A program made the position numbers and the translations under genes. A model generated the notes under the pieces. It ran no database searches. It was not told the origin of the DNA and saw only the letters and a list, made by a program, of their open reading frames with translations. A stretch of 63,449 nt of DNA, counting the filler, from Octopus bimaculoides (taxonomy: Eukaryota): the NCBI RefSeq assembly GCF_001194135.2. It is 3 parts of 3 records of this genome, joined end to end, with 100 filler letters (N's around TTAATTAATTAA, not from the genome) between each part and the next. Parts side by side here need not be neighbours in the genome. Positions count along the whole stretch, not along the records: positions 29,175 to 57,157 come from NC_068988.1; 2 more parts are not named here. One strand, 5' to 3'. The stretch's first letter is position 1. Every line of letters starts with the position of its first letter. This document shows positions 29,075-43,014 of the stretch, one piece after another.

Positions 29075-29174
29075 NNNNNNNNNNNNNNNNNNNNNNNNNN
29101 NNNNNNNNNNNNNNNNNNTTAATTAATTAANNNNNNNNNNNNNNNNNNNNNNNNNNNNNNNNNNNNNNNNNNNN
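29075..29174. other. Scaffolding linker 44N-TTAATTAATTAA-44N (artefact)
   Basis: Exactly 100 bp; palindromic 12-mer with stops in all six frames; identical structure at 57158-57257. Confidence 0.9.
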
Positions 29175-31486
29175 CACACACACACGCACATCCACACACA
29201 TACACACACACGCACACACCCACATACACATACACACGCACACACACGCACACACACTTCTCACCAACACAACACACGCAGACACGCATACAATCACACA
29301 CACATGGGCATAAACAACACACGCACATACAATAGCAAACGCACGCACACACACGTACACAGCAATGCACATATACACACCATACACATACACACAAACA
29401 CACACGCACCCACAAAAACATACGCATACACACACGCGCACGTACAAAATGCACACACACACGAACACGTACCCAACACCTATAACCCCACACAAACACA
29501 CACACGGACACACACATACTCAAAAACTGCCTGCTGACCTGCCACTCACCATTGTCCATAAGCACCCATTAACTATTCCTGCTACTAATTCCTTCCAATA
29601 CGTCACACACACATACACACACAAACACACATACACACTAACAGATTAACCACCAAACCATGCACGCACACACACACACACACACATACATACGCACACA
29701 CACGTTCTGTTATCACACACACACACTCGCAGACTCTCGCGCACGCACAGATATTCACCTCCGTTTTTCACTTTCCTGTCTTAGAAATAACTTTTCCCCC
29801 ACCACCTCCTCTTCCGGTCCTTTCACAATGTAACCTCGTGGGCATCGGTGCCATTTTCCTNNNNNNNNNNNNNNNNNNNNNNNNNNNNNNNNNNNNNNNN
29901 NNNNNNNNNNNNNNNNNNNNNNNNNNNNNNNNNNNNNNNNNNNNNNNNNNNNNNNNNNNNNNNNNNNNNNNNNNNNNNNNNNNNNNNNNNNNNNNNNNNN
30001 NNNNNNNNNNNNNNNNNNNNNNNNNNNNNNNNNNNNNNNNNNNNNNNNNNNNNNNNNNNNNNNNNNNNNNNNNNNNNNNNNNNNNNNNNNNNNNNNNNNN
30101 NNNNNNNNNNNNNNNNNNNNNNNNNNNNNNNNNNNNNNNNNNNNNNNNNNNNNNNNNNNNNNNNNNNNNNNNNNNNNNNNNNNNNNNNNNNNNNNNNNNN
30201 NNNNNNNNNNNNNNNNNNNNNNNNNNNNNNNNNNNNNNNNNNNNNNNNNNNNNNNNNNNNNNNNNNNNNNNNNNNNNNNNNNNNNNNNNNNNNNNNNNNN
30301 NNNNNNNNNNNNNNNNNNNNNNNNNNNNNNNNNNNNNNNNNNNNNNNNNNNNNNNNNNNNNNNNNNNNNNNNNNNNNNNNNNNNNNNNNNNNNNNNNNNN
30401 NNNNNNNNNNNNNNNNNNNNNNNNNNNNNNNNNNNNNNNNNNNNNNNNNNNNNNNNNNNNNNNNNNNNNNNNNNNNNNNNNNNNNNNNNNNNNNNNNNNN
30501 NNNNNNNNNNNNNNNNNNNNNNNNNNNNNNNNNNNNNNNNNNNNNNNNNNNNNNNNNNNNNNNNNNNNNNNNNNNNNNNNNNNNNNNNNNNNNNNNNNNN
30601 NNNNNNNNNNNNNNNNNNNNNNNNNNNNNNNNNNNNNNNNNNNNNNNNNNNNNNNNNNNNNNNNNNNNNNNNNNNNNNNNNNNNNNNNNNNNNNNNNNNN
30701 NNNNNNNNNNNNNNNNNNNNNNNNNNNNNNNNNNNNNNNNNNNNNNNNNNNNNNNNNNNNNNNNNNNNNNNNNNNNNNNNNNNNNNNNNNNNNNNNNNNN
30801 NNNNNNNNNNNNNNNNNNNNNNNNNNNNNNNATACAATATCAATGGAGTTGTCTAAATTACAACATTATTACCGAGTCCTTATTATCTTTCTAATTCTAA
30901 TTTCAATAGATAGCCTATTAGAAGAAACAACAGAGAATACAATACAGACACAGTGGAAAAATATATATGCATCTTTTATTTTAAGTGAAATTATTAATCA
31001 TTGTCTCCAGTATAGCAATATACATCGATGACCATTTAAACACAGTTTATGTATATGTGTGTGTGAGAGAGAGTGTGTGTGTGAGAGAGAGAGTGTGTGT
31101 GTGTGTGTGTGCGATTATACAAATAACTGATTTCTAATTATATATGTATATGTGTATAAGAACATAGATATGTGTGTGTTTAGAGCCTAAACAACGGTTT
31201 TCAAATATGAAAGTTCTCGTGATTAAACACATAAACAGGAAACTAAAAACAAACCATCAAAAGAAAACCATGCATTAGCGTACTTTGACTACCTATTTAT
31301 GCACACACACACGCATAAATACGTCTCTCTCTCTCTCTCTCTATGTATGTATATATGTATGTATATATATATATATGTGTGTGTGTGTATAAACATATAT
31401 ATATAGATATATATATAAACATATATATATATATTATTATATATATAAAATATATATTATATATATATATTATTATATATATAAAA

Positions 31487-31518
<32 letters not shown>

Positions 31519-33112
31519 NNNNNNNNNNNNNNNNNNNNNNNNNNNNNNNNNNNNNNNNNNNNNNNNNNNNNNNNNNNNNNNNNNNNNNNNNNNNNNNNNN
31601 NNNNNNNNNNNNNNNNNNNNNNNNNNNNNNNNNNNNNNNNNNNNNNNNNNNNNNNNNNNNNNNNNNNNNNNNNNNNNNNNNNNNNNNNNNNNNNNNNNNN
31701 NNNNNNNNNNNNNNNNNNNNNNNNNNNNNNNNNNNNNNNNNNNNNNNNNNNNNNNNNNNNNNNNNNNNNNNNNNNNNNNNNNNNNNNNNNNNNNNNNNNN
31801 NNNNNNNNNNNNNNNNNNNNNNNNNNNNNNNNNNNNNNNNNNNNNNNNNNNNNNNNNNNNNNNNNNNNNNNNNNNNNNNNNNNNNNNNNNNNNNNNNNNN
31901 NNNNNNNNNNNNNNNNNNNNNNNNNNNNNNNNNNNNNNNNNNNNNNNNNNNNNNNNNNNNNNNNNNNNNNNNNNNNNNNNNNNNNNNNNNNNNNNNNNNN
32001 NNNNNNNNNNNNNNNNNNNNNNNNNNNNNNNNNNNNNNNNNNNNNNNNNNNNNNNNNNNNNNNNNNNNNTATATATATATATATACATACATGTATGTAT
32101 AGATACACATATATGGTGGGTTCTACGTCGGCGTGGAAGATAAGCAATGAAATGTTAGACTAAGCGATTTGGGATTCCTGCAATTCATGTGAATGTGCAG
32201 GGATACACGGACACTGAACGTATTTTTCAAATGCTTTTTACTTAACGTATTCGGTGAAACTGCGCTTTTGGAACTGTAGCCGCAATTTTAGAGGCCAAGA
32301 GACATACCAGTACAGGAACGAGGTTTCTCCAATGTAGATCTAGTTTATTATTTATAATGCATCTGAAAAAATTGATTTCATCTCTGAGGGAGACAACATT
32401 GAGATGTATATTTTATAAGGTAGTTCTAGTCGACTATGTAAATTTGTTCTGTTTGAACATTAGACATATACTTGAAATTGGCAATTTCGCATCGGTAATT
32501 AATATTGTTCGTTTATTTGCTGGTCTTTGCTTTTGATTATTTTCTGTATTCAAAGTGCATTTTTTTATCCATCTGTCTAGCTCCAGCAGTAGAATATTTT
32601 GATAGATAATATTTCATATTTTTGTATTCCTTTCATTGTGTATGTCGTGAAGAAAGGTAAAATATTTGGTGTATTTGAATAGTTTTGTGTTCTTCGTATT
32701 TCCCAAATATTTTTTGGTTTGGAACCTATTATTGTTATAAATTAATTACGTTGCATACTTTCAGTTTTTCTTATTCATAATCCGAACTCGATTAATTATA
32801 TTCTTCGTGCGACGCTAAACGGCATATTCATTTTCGTAAGTACTGGGTGTAAAGAAGTAAATCTTAATTATTGTTTACGTGTTACTTACGTATTGTTCAT
32901 AGTGCGTATCGGCTTTGATGCTTGATTTTTTTTTTTTTTTTTTCCTAATTAGTGTATCCTGTGGGTGTAGCTGAATTATAATGCATCTATTTTAGAACTG
33001 TATATTATTATTTAAGGTTTTGAAATCGTAGAATACAGTCGAGAATGTGGGTGCTCAGACTGAGGTGCACAGACTGTTTCCAGTTTCTTAATAGAATATT
33101 TCTGGAATCTTT

Positions 33113-33279
33113 GGTCATGAATGACAATGGGATTGCGACTAGAAAGTTCCCCTCTGATGCACAAATTCGGACAAGTTTTTTTTTTTAATGAAAGACCAGC
33201 TTCCCGTCTCCACACCAACAATTTTATCCAAAGGAAAGGAAAAGGCTGATGCAGCTTGGTACCAGTGACGTTGAAATTC
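33113..33279 (-). mobile_element. SINE family C fragment
   Basis: ctagaaagttcccctc..gcacaa.ttcggacaag...ttatccaaaggaaagg..aggctgat.cagcttgg.accagtgacg, matches ~60200-60350. Confidence 0.7.
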
Positions 33280-33557
33280 NNNNNNNNNNNNNNNNNNNNN
33301 NNNNNNNNNNNNNNNNNNNNNNNNNNNNNNNNNNNNNNNNNNNNNNNNNNNNNNNNNNNNNNNNNNNNNNNNNNNNNNNNNNNNNNNNNNNNNNNNNNNN
33401 NNNNNNNNNNNNNNNNNNNNNNNNNNNNNNNNNNNNNNNNNNNNNNNNNNNNNNNNNNNNNNNNNNNNNNNNNNNNNNNNNNNNNNNNNNNNNNNNNNNN
33501 NNNTGTTAAAATTTACGTATAATAAATCAGTTATACTTTTACAAAACAAAGTATTTT

Positions 33558-33789
33558 AACAATTGCAGCGTGGAATGTGTTTATAAGCCATTTAAAATAA
33601 CACACAAAAACCGTTAGATTCACTTCAACATTTAAATTTAATTTGTCAAAATATTTTGTCAGTGAACAGGTTGCGGTCTCAAAGCGACGAAAATATTTTG
33701 ACAAATTAAATTTAAATGTTGAAGTAAATCTAACGGTTTTTGTGTGTTATTTTAAATGGCTTATAAACACCTTCCACGCTGCAATTGTT
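33558..33789. repeat. Fold-back inverted repeat, ~103-bp arms, 25-nt loop (MITE-like)
   Basis: 33558-33660 is the reverse complement of 33686-33789 with 2 mismatches and 1 gap by hand alignment. Confidence 0.95.
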
Positions 33790-34255
33790 TTCGCTCCAGC
33801 ACTCCATCTCAGATCAAGTCACTTGCTATGCAAGTACATCCCCGTAATTTTAACAATTGTTTCTATACAATTCCTAATATCTAATTCTTAAAATACTTGA
33901 AGATTTTTTAGACATTGAATGGCTATAGGGTCCACCTGAGTAAAATGGGAACCAACATGTTCCATAAACAAAGAATGGTTCACACCCACTTGTCTAAATT
34001 GCTCATAAATATCTGGACTAAAAATATGCATGTTCTTAGAAATTTATCGGGAGATCACCTTAAGCGATATTTCAAGCTTATTTGATCCCCTCTATGATTA
34101 ACAATCACAGGCATCCTGAGCTAAGGCAAAAAATATTCGTTCTGATATAAAAATCAATAATCAACCTTTCATTGATTTGTGCAAAAGCTGACCCAGCTAG
34201 AATTATATTAGTTTCATTTTTTGGTACATGGCCAGCAATTCCTAATAAGGGAATA

Positions 34256-34404
34256 CATCGATTAGATCGAGTCCAGTGTTTGACTGGTACATACTTTATC
34301 GACCCCGAAATGATGAAAGTCAACCACGGTGGAATTTGAACTCACATCGTGAAGACGAAATGCCGCTAAGCATTTTGCACGACGTGCTAACGATTCTGCC
34401 AGCT
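34256..34404 (-). mobile_element. SINE family A
   Basis: ctggtac..tttatcgaccccgaaa...ggaatttgaactc...gctaagcatttt..gtgctaacgattctgccagct. Confidence 0.75.
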
Positions 34405-34983
34405 AAAAAGTGTGCAACAGCAGCTGCAATATTTTGTCTAAAAGAAGTTTCACTTTGAGACTTCTTTACTAAGAACACAAAACTTGATAGCAGGTCTCGG
34501 ATTGACCATTACATTTAGAAATTGATGAGGTATAAATGATGCTGAGTACAAATATATATTTGAACACACACACACACACGCACACGCACGCACACACACA
34601 CATATACGCACAACACACACACATACACACGCACGCACACACACACGGATACACACACGCACACACACACGCATACACACACGCACACACACACACGCAT
34701 ACACACACGCACACACACACTTATTGTTAGTTCTCTTAATATCGACAGAGCGGTGAGCTGGCAGAATCATTACCATGTAACAGAAGATGCTTCCGTTCTG
34801 AGTTCACATTTCGCATTAGTCAGTTTTAATATTAGTTGTCCAAGCCTCTCCTATCACGAATACTTACGAACAGATAGACAGACAGACAGATAGATAGACG
34901 GACGGACGGACAGACAGGCAGGCAGGCAGACAGACAGACAGACAGACAGGTAGATACATATATAGATAGATAGATATACATTC

Positions 34984-35019
<36 letters not shown>

Positions 35020-35079
35020 NNNNNNNNNNACAGACAGACAGACAGGTAGATACATATATAGATAGATAGATATACATTC

Positions 35080-35122
<43 letters not shown>

Positions 35123-37084
35123 CATGGTGAAACGAAGAGAGACAGTCGGTTATATATGCAGATACATAGAAAAACAAACATTAGGCAGGCAGGCAGACAT
35201 ATATATTTAAATGCTCGCTTTCGATATAAACTTCGTTTCATCCTAATTTCAAACACGAGCTCACTTTCAATTATTTCATAATATAGTTTTCAATTTTAGC
35301 CTGGCGTTCATCAACAAAAATAGCTATATAGTTAAAAGAGAATTTATTTCATATACATGCTTGATTCGATTTTTGCTTAACTTTCCATATAAGTAAATTA
35401 ATTCCAACTTTTAACTCATCGATAAAAAGTTTTACCTCATTATTCATATATTTCGATAACTTTCAGCTGTTACAAAATTTGCTCACAACTTTCGAAACAA
35501 CAATGGAAAAAAAAATTCGCTCATTTCCTCTATATATAAACTTCTAGTTATCTTTCAAAATAATTAGATTAATTGCGGTTTCAAAGTTTTCCTCGAAATT
35601 ATTCAATTAGGCGAAATTCTAATTACTTACTATTAGGTATTTCATCATCGATCATATGATAATTCATGCATCGTTCAGTGAGTCCTCATTAATGCAATAT
35701 TTTTCTCTTCCGTCTCGTCAACTAATGTCGGAAATCCGCTCGACAATAATAAACGCAACGTACTTTATTTTCATTTAGTAACTACTTCATTGTCGCATAT
35801 TTTCTTAATATATTTATGGCAATTACATTATATATTTCTTTTAATTACGCATCAGAAGGTCTACTGACAAAGGAGACATATTTCAAGTAAATGAGTTATA
35901 CAGGTAAACGTATTTCATTTTTCTTTTAGATTCTTCATTCAATCACATCTACTGCATACAGCTACGCAGTCTCACGTTCCATTAAGCTTCCCATCTATAT
36001 TCTTCGATGAAGTGAAATCCACTTTTTTCAATCATTCATATGACTCTCTTCAATAAATTCTTTTCTGTTGTGGCATATTTTCCATTAGCATCTCTTTTCA
36101 CATGCGTATATTTCTTACAAACACGATAAGCACACTGAGCACAACAACAACAACCAGCAATATACCTATATTTAGAGGGTGGGGGGAAAATACAAACATT
36201 TTCCTATACAGGCATGTATTTCGTTGTTTTTCCATTACATTGGTCCGTTGATACATCATTTCAGTCATTTCAGTATTTCAGTGCTTGTTGCTCCAATAAT
36301 AATTTTCATTTTTGAGCTCTTAAAACCTGTTTAGAGTTGCATATTTCAAGATAAATTAATATGTGAGACAGGACAAATACAAAGCCTGGGAGGGCACCAT
36401 TGAAACCACAACCGACATTGAAAACAAGTGTCATGTGAAAGATAAGAATCATGACTGGATCGTTTTACTCGTTTCTAGATCAAAACGTAGTGACCTTATA
36501 ATAAATTATATAATCTTGATATCAAAGAAGATTATCTTTAAAGACTATTGTTCAAGCGCTTTTATTACATGTAACTGACTGCACAAATTGAATGTGTAGT
36601 TCCACGTCCATGACACTAGCAGAAAAATCATTTACAGTAGAATTGTGCTCACCTCAAATCTCCCCTTTCCTCAAGAGGTAACTACTTTCCGTTTAGGCTA
36701 TCAACTACATAAGCAAAAATGAGGGCTATAACCTACAAAGTGAAACACTTGACAAGAATTGCACTATATTTACCAAAGTCCCTGCTCTCACATGGGCAGC
36801 TGTATGCATCTTTCTCTAAAATGTGTAAAGGTAAACAGATTTCAAAATGTTCACATCAAAAGAAGAAAGAACAACTAAAAATGTGATATACGAAGATGCT
36901 TAATAAGATGAAGGTTAAAATAATGTTTAAAATTACGTAACAAAAGACGAAAAAGTAAACATCAAATAAAATAATCTTCCTTGTATTGTTCCAATTTTAG
37001 TATATGTACAGCCGTAGCTAGTACAATATGATATGATGAAGAACAAACAACCATACTGAAAAATTCAAATTCTGGACAATCAAG

Positions 37085-37300
37085 TGTGGCTGGGTGATTA
37101 AGCAATTTGTTTTCCAATCAAGTGGTATTGAACTCAGTTCCACTGCGCGGCACCTTGTCGCAAGTGTATTCTACTTATGGGCCAAAGTCAACCAAAACCT
37201 TGCGAGTGGATTTAGAAAGGTGGAAACTAAAAGAAATCTGCCGTATATATGTTTGTATATTTGTGCGCGCGTGTGTGTGTGTGTGTGTGCGCGCGCGTGC

Positions 37301-37331
<31 letters not shown>

Positions 37332-37580
37332 CGTGTGTTTTTGTATGTGTGTTTGTGTGTGGGTGTGTACATGTCTGTATATATGTGTCTTTGGTGTTTG
37401 TAACATCCACCTCTTGACAACCGGTTTTAGTTCGTTTGCGTCCTCGTGACTTTGCGGCAAAAGAGATTGGTAGAACAAGTACCAGACGTTAAAAGAATAA
37501 GCGCTGATTCGATTTGTTCTCTTTCAAGTCGGTGCCCCAGCATGGCCGAGGTCCTATAACTGAAATACTGCAAAATAAAA
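37085..37580 (+). mobile_element. SINE family B, diverged, with expanded GT/GC microsatellite
   Basis: cagttccactgcgcggcacctt..caagtgt head; 3' end ggtgccccagcatggccg...actgaaa. Confidence 0.75.
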
Positions 37581-38917
37581 ATAAAAAAATAAAATGAAGC
37601 ATTACATATAATAATATTACTAGACATAAAGAGTAAATACATGTATAATAAAGCATAAATATAAGGGAGAGGTATACGGCTATAAATTTAATAATATTTA
37701 GAAATGAACAAAGCGAACCTTCAAGTAAGAAGTATTGAATTGAAAGGCAAAACATGAAAAAGAAAGCAGATATCTCAATTTATGGAACAAATAATACACA
37801 TACCATAATAAACAATATAAACCCAGTAATGCAGAACTAATTAAACATGTAAAAACAAAGACTAAAATCTAACTTGAAGTACCAAGAACATAACCTATAC
37901 TATACATCTAGGAAAATTTATTTATATGATGAAGTATATAGCCAAGCATTCTGAACACTTGAAATAAAAAAAAAACTAAGAAGATAACCCGCTGTATAGA
38001 TTAAGGAAAATATACATACATGATGAAGTATAAAATCAAACATTCTGGACACTTTTACTGTAACCAAATATGAAGAGACCTAAATTCAATCAAACATGAG
38101 GTTGACAGATTATAACTAAGAAACATTAAGTATATAGAGACTTCAAAGTAGAATATAACGACATAGACAGGAGGCGATGGATGGAAGTAAATCGAAATGA
38201 TATACAAGTAAAGAATGTTTTAAGATGAAGATAATAAAAAAAACCAGATACACTAATAAGTTCCCAAAAGAATACACCTTAAAGTACAACAAAATTCAGA
38301 TTATGTAACGACACATGGAAAGCTTTAAAAGTATTTCCCTAAATCAGCATGAGTAGGGATGAGGGGAAATTTATAACGAGAAAAGATACGTAAACTATAA
38401 CTAGAAAAAACAGAGGTAAACTAAAATGACTAGCAAAGAACAACATAAGGCCAGGTACAAAAAAAAAATAAACAGAAAGAAAGAACAACCAAAATGACTA
38501 ATAACCAGAGCAAACTATAAAACAAATAATGTAATATTCAGAAATGAACTTGTGCGGAAACGAAATCAGAAAAAACTTTTGAACAAATTTATTCTTTCGA
38601 GATATCCAGTTTACTACAAGGTTCTCGATCATCAATCAAGGTTCCATTTGGCGGTTTCATTTCTGACTGACCCTGCACCTCAGTGCCCAGTACAACATTG
38701 TTATCTTGCAAAGTTTTCAGATCTTGATTCAACTTCTTTAGGCGTAACTGATAATCAGAAACATCCGTATCCATTATTCAGTTTAATTCAAGTTGTCGCG
38801 CATCAACATCGTTTATTGCTCGTAGTTTTATTTCATCGTACTCCACGCATCAGTATCGAACAAAATACGGTCCAATTTAACAAGTACTAAGGTCTTTCTC
38901 TTGTATATTCAATTCAG

Positions 38918-39060
38918 GAAATGACAATCATAGTTGTAATAAATACCAAAGTAATCATTACTGAATAACATATCCAAACACATTCTCCACTACTGACCTA
39001 AACGAATGCAAACCTCAATTTGTATCAGCTCTAGCTAACATCTGGGGAATATTGCAAAAG
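38918..39060 (+). other. Exon-like segment with strong splice sites but a stop in every frame
   Basis: tctttctcttgtatattcaattcag|G acceptor and AAG|GTAAGA donor; best frame has a single TGA at 38962-64. Confidence 0.3.
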
Positions 39061-39479
39061 GTAAGATTATATATCAGATTATTTGCTCTCCCAGTCTTTC
39101 ATCTCAGTTGTTAAAATAGAAAATCAGCAGGTGGCGATAGCCTTGAGACTAATTTCACTAACATTCTTTATATTAGAATATTGGAGAAAACAAAGAGATC
39201 GATAAGAACTGACAGCTAGGAGAGAAGAAATATCCCGATTTGGTATTTGTTTTAACTACCCACTTATCCGCGCTACTGGTACAGCCCAAGTACAGTTTTT
39301 TTTTTGTCACATTTACTGGTCTTTGTAATTGAACTTTTAGGTGCCTGGTCACTGAGGAATTGTGATCCCTCGATTTGCAGAACGAGTTATTTTCCGCTTT
39401 TTGTAAAATGAAATGTGCGTGTGTATGTGCACGCGTGCCTATGTACTAGTCCGTATGTATGTTTGTACATATGTATGTA

Positions 39480-39516
<37 letters not shown>

Positions 39517-39689
39517 ATCTATTTCTACACACACATACACACACACACACATGATAAAGCCACTTAGAGTAGATTAAATAACCAATGCTAAGTGTAAGCA
39601 AGTTTTATTGACGGTGTGCATTCAACAGATACACACACACTTATGTCTATCAGTCTATCTATCAATATCGATATCTATTTATATATGTA

Positions 39690-40385
39690 TGCCATTATTC
39701 AGTTTTATTTAAAGATTTCTTGCCAATAGAATATAGAAATAGCCGGTTTCTAACCTCGATCCAAGGCTCCTTCGTTGCAATCTCAACATCAACAACAGGG
39801 TATTTTTGCATGTATGTATGTATGTATGTATGTATGTGCAGATTTTAAAGTTTTTTGTATGTATTCTCATGCATATAGTTGCATATCTAGACATGCACAT
39901 ATATATCTAAATGATAAACTTCTGGAATGTTTTACAGATTTTTACAGTTCCTGTGATGGATTGGATCTCTAGACTTCGAATTAGCTTTCTCCTTTCTAGT
40001 TTTGAGAAGCTTAATTTCTCAAGGTTGGTATTTAGGCAGTGCGTTGCATATTCCAGGACCCCAATAATTACAGGTATAAACCTGAACTTGTAATCTGGAT
40101 AGACTAACTACAGATTTCTCAATAGTTCAGCATAGGTGTTCTCTTTTTCCTTGATCTTCAGCTTTATGCTGACATCTGCTGGGCAGCTAATTTCCACAAC
40201 TGTGCACAGTTTCTCTTCTCTCTCGCAAATCATTATATCAGGTCTGTTGTGCTTAAATTTTATTGAGGTCTTCACTGGTACATTCCACCAGTATTCCTTT
40301 GTATTATGACTGGCTATGGATTGTACCATATTGTGGGTTCTTATTTCTTTGTCCTCAGGATTATACTTCCGACGGATGTCATAAT
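39690..40385 (-). mobile_element. R4/Dong-like RLE LINE, 5'-truncated copy (endonuclease domain plus 3' UTR)
   Basis: YWWNVPVKT...HNRPDIMI...CTVVEISCPAD...KEKENTYAELL*..YPDYKFRFIPVIIG: the PD-(D/E)xK restriction-like endonuclease pattern of R4-clade elements. AATAAA near the 3' end (+ coordinates 39704-39709). Confidence 0.85.
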
Positions 40386-42861
40386 GTATGCATGCATGTA
40401 TGTATGTATGTATGTATGTATGTATGTATCTATGTATATAAATAAATAATGGAAAAACTTATTTAGAATATTAATTCTACAGTTACNNNNNNNNNNNNNN
40501 NNNNNNNNNNNNNNNNNNNNNNNNNNNNNNNNNNNNNNNNNNNNNNNNNNNNNNNNNNNNNNNNNNNNNNNNNNNNNNNNNNNNNNNNNNNNNNNNNNNN
40601 NNNNNNNNNNNNNNNNNNNNNNNNNNNNNNNNNNNNNNNNNNNNNNNNNNNNNNNNNNNNNNNNNNNNNNNNNNNNNNNNNNNNNNNNNNNNNNNNNNNN
40701 NNNNNNNNNNNNNNNNNNNNNNNNNNNNNNNNNNNNNNNNNNNNNNNNNNNNNNNNNNNNNNNNNNNNNNNNNNNNNNNNNNNNNNNNNNNNNNNNNNNN
40801 NNNNNNNNNNNNNNNNNNNNNNNNNNNNNNNNNNNNNNNNNNNNNNNNNNNNNNNNNNNNNNNNNNNNNNNNNNNNNNNNNNNNNNNNNNNNNNNNNNNN
40901 NNNNNNNNNNNNNNNNNNNNNNNNNNNNNNNNNNNNNNNNNNNNNNNNNNNNNNNNNNNNNNNNNNNNNNNNNNNNNNNNNNNNNNNNNNNNNNNNNNNN
41001 NNNNNNNNNNNNNNNNNNNNNNNNNNNNNNNNNNNNNNNNNNNNNNNNNNNNNNNNNNNNNNNNNNNNNNNNNNNNNNNNNNNNNNNNNNNNNNNNNNNN
41101 NNNNNNNNNNNNNNNNNNNNNNNNNNNNNNNNNNNNNNNNNNNNNNNNNNNNNNNNNNNNNNNNNNNNNNNNNNNNNNNNNNNNNNNNNNNNNNNNNNNN
41201 NNNNNNNNNNNNNNNNNNNNNNNNNNNNNNNNNNNNNNNNNNNNNNNNNNNNNNNNNNNNNNNNNNNNNNNNNNNNNNNNNNNNNNNNNNNNTATAAATA
41301 TATATATATGAGTTAAGGCTACCATTGGTTTCATGTTAACAAACCCTAGGATATTTTCCTACTTTTCTTAACATGAAACCAATGGTACCCTTAATCCACA
41401 AATAAAGAAATTATATCCACCAATGCGGTGTTGAGCACTCGCTTTCATCGTTAGACATTTACGTATATATATATTAATATGTATTTTTGTACATGTATAT
41501 TTTACAGACGCGAAAGTCACTTTCGGAGGCACTATAGCTTTAAAAACAGCGAACAAAATTGGGTATTTATTCCTATAAGATGGCAAAAGAAGTTGTGAGC
41601 AGATGAGGGCTTTACCAGTAAGTTAAACTGGCACCGTCAGCAATTACCGTCAATGTCACTGCTAAATAGTAGCTTTTCGAACTCTAACAACCATCTTCAA
41701 TGTTAATGCTAAATAGTAGCTTTTCGAATGGGAGAACATTCTATAAACAAACTTTGGACACGTCGAATGTGTTGTTTTACAGATTAGAAATTAAATTTCC
41801 AATGCAATATATAACAGTGAAAACAACAGAAAAACATTCAGTATTTACCCTTATAAGACGGGAAAATGTGTTGGTATTTACCAACACATTTGACGCTTCC
41901 CAAGTTGGTGCATAAAAATGTTCTAGCCTTCAAAAGCCTATTATTTATCATTAGATAAACCTTATCTCTCTCTGCTGTTTTCACAGCTATACAGCGTTCG
42001 AAATTTGCTTTCTTGTTTCTAAAATACCAACACAGTCGCCGCTTTCAAAATATTTGTAAATATATATATATATATATATAAACATAATTAAGGGATCAGC
42101 AAGCATTTGCTTCACCATATACCGAGCTAGCATAGTCGAATGTACTGCTGGAATATCATACCGATGACGGAAATTGAAATTTATCATTCATAATCCAGAA
42201 ACGCGTCTATGATTAACTTTAAATGGTTAGTTTTCATTGTTTTTTCTTCTTGTTTTTGCCTTTGTCAGTTACAAGTAATGCTATCTGTTGGAGTCTCAGC
42301 TTTTTTAGCTGCTATTTCTGAAATTATTAATTGTTGATTTATTAATAAATTAATAAATTGATAAATCTTTACCCTTTTAATCTATNNNNNNNNNNNNNNN
42401 NNNNNNNNNNNNNNNNNNNNNNNNNNNNNNNNNNNNNNNNNNNNNNNNNNNNNNNNNNNNNNNNNNNNNNNNNNNNNNNNNNNNNNNNNNNNNNNNNNNN
42501 NNNNNNNNNNNNNNNNNNNNNNNNNNNNNNNNNNNNNNNNNNNNNNNNNNNNNNNNNNNNNNNNNNNNNNNNNNNNNNNNNNNNNNNNNNNNNNNNNNNN
42601 NNNNNNNNNNNNNNNNNNNNNNNNNNNNNNNNNNNNNNNNNNNNNNNNNNNNNNNNNNNNNNNNNNNNNNNNNNNNNNNNNNNNNNNNNNNNNNNNNNNN
42701 NNNNNNNNNNNNNNNNNNNNNNNNNNNNNNNNNNNNNNNNNNNNNNNNNNNNNNNNNNNNNNNNNNNNNNNNNNNNNNNNNNNNNNNNNNNNNNNNNNNN
42801 NNNNNNNNNNNNNNNNNNNNNNNNNNNNNNNNNNNNNNNNNNNNNNNNNNNNNNNNNNNNN

Positions 42862-42928
<67 letters not shown>

Positions 42929-42977
42929 CATACATACACACACACACACATATATATATATACGTGTGTGTGTGTGT

Positions 42978-43014
<37 letters not shown>

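Noticed and set aside
29119-29130. TTAATTAATTAA as a biological motif (PacI-like site or piggyBac TSD)
   Set aside because: Flanked by exactly 44 N on each side and repeated at 57202-57213; an assembly linker.
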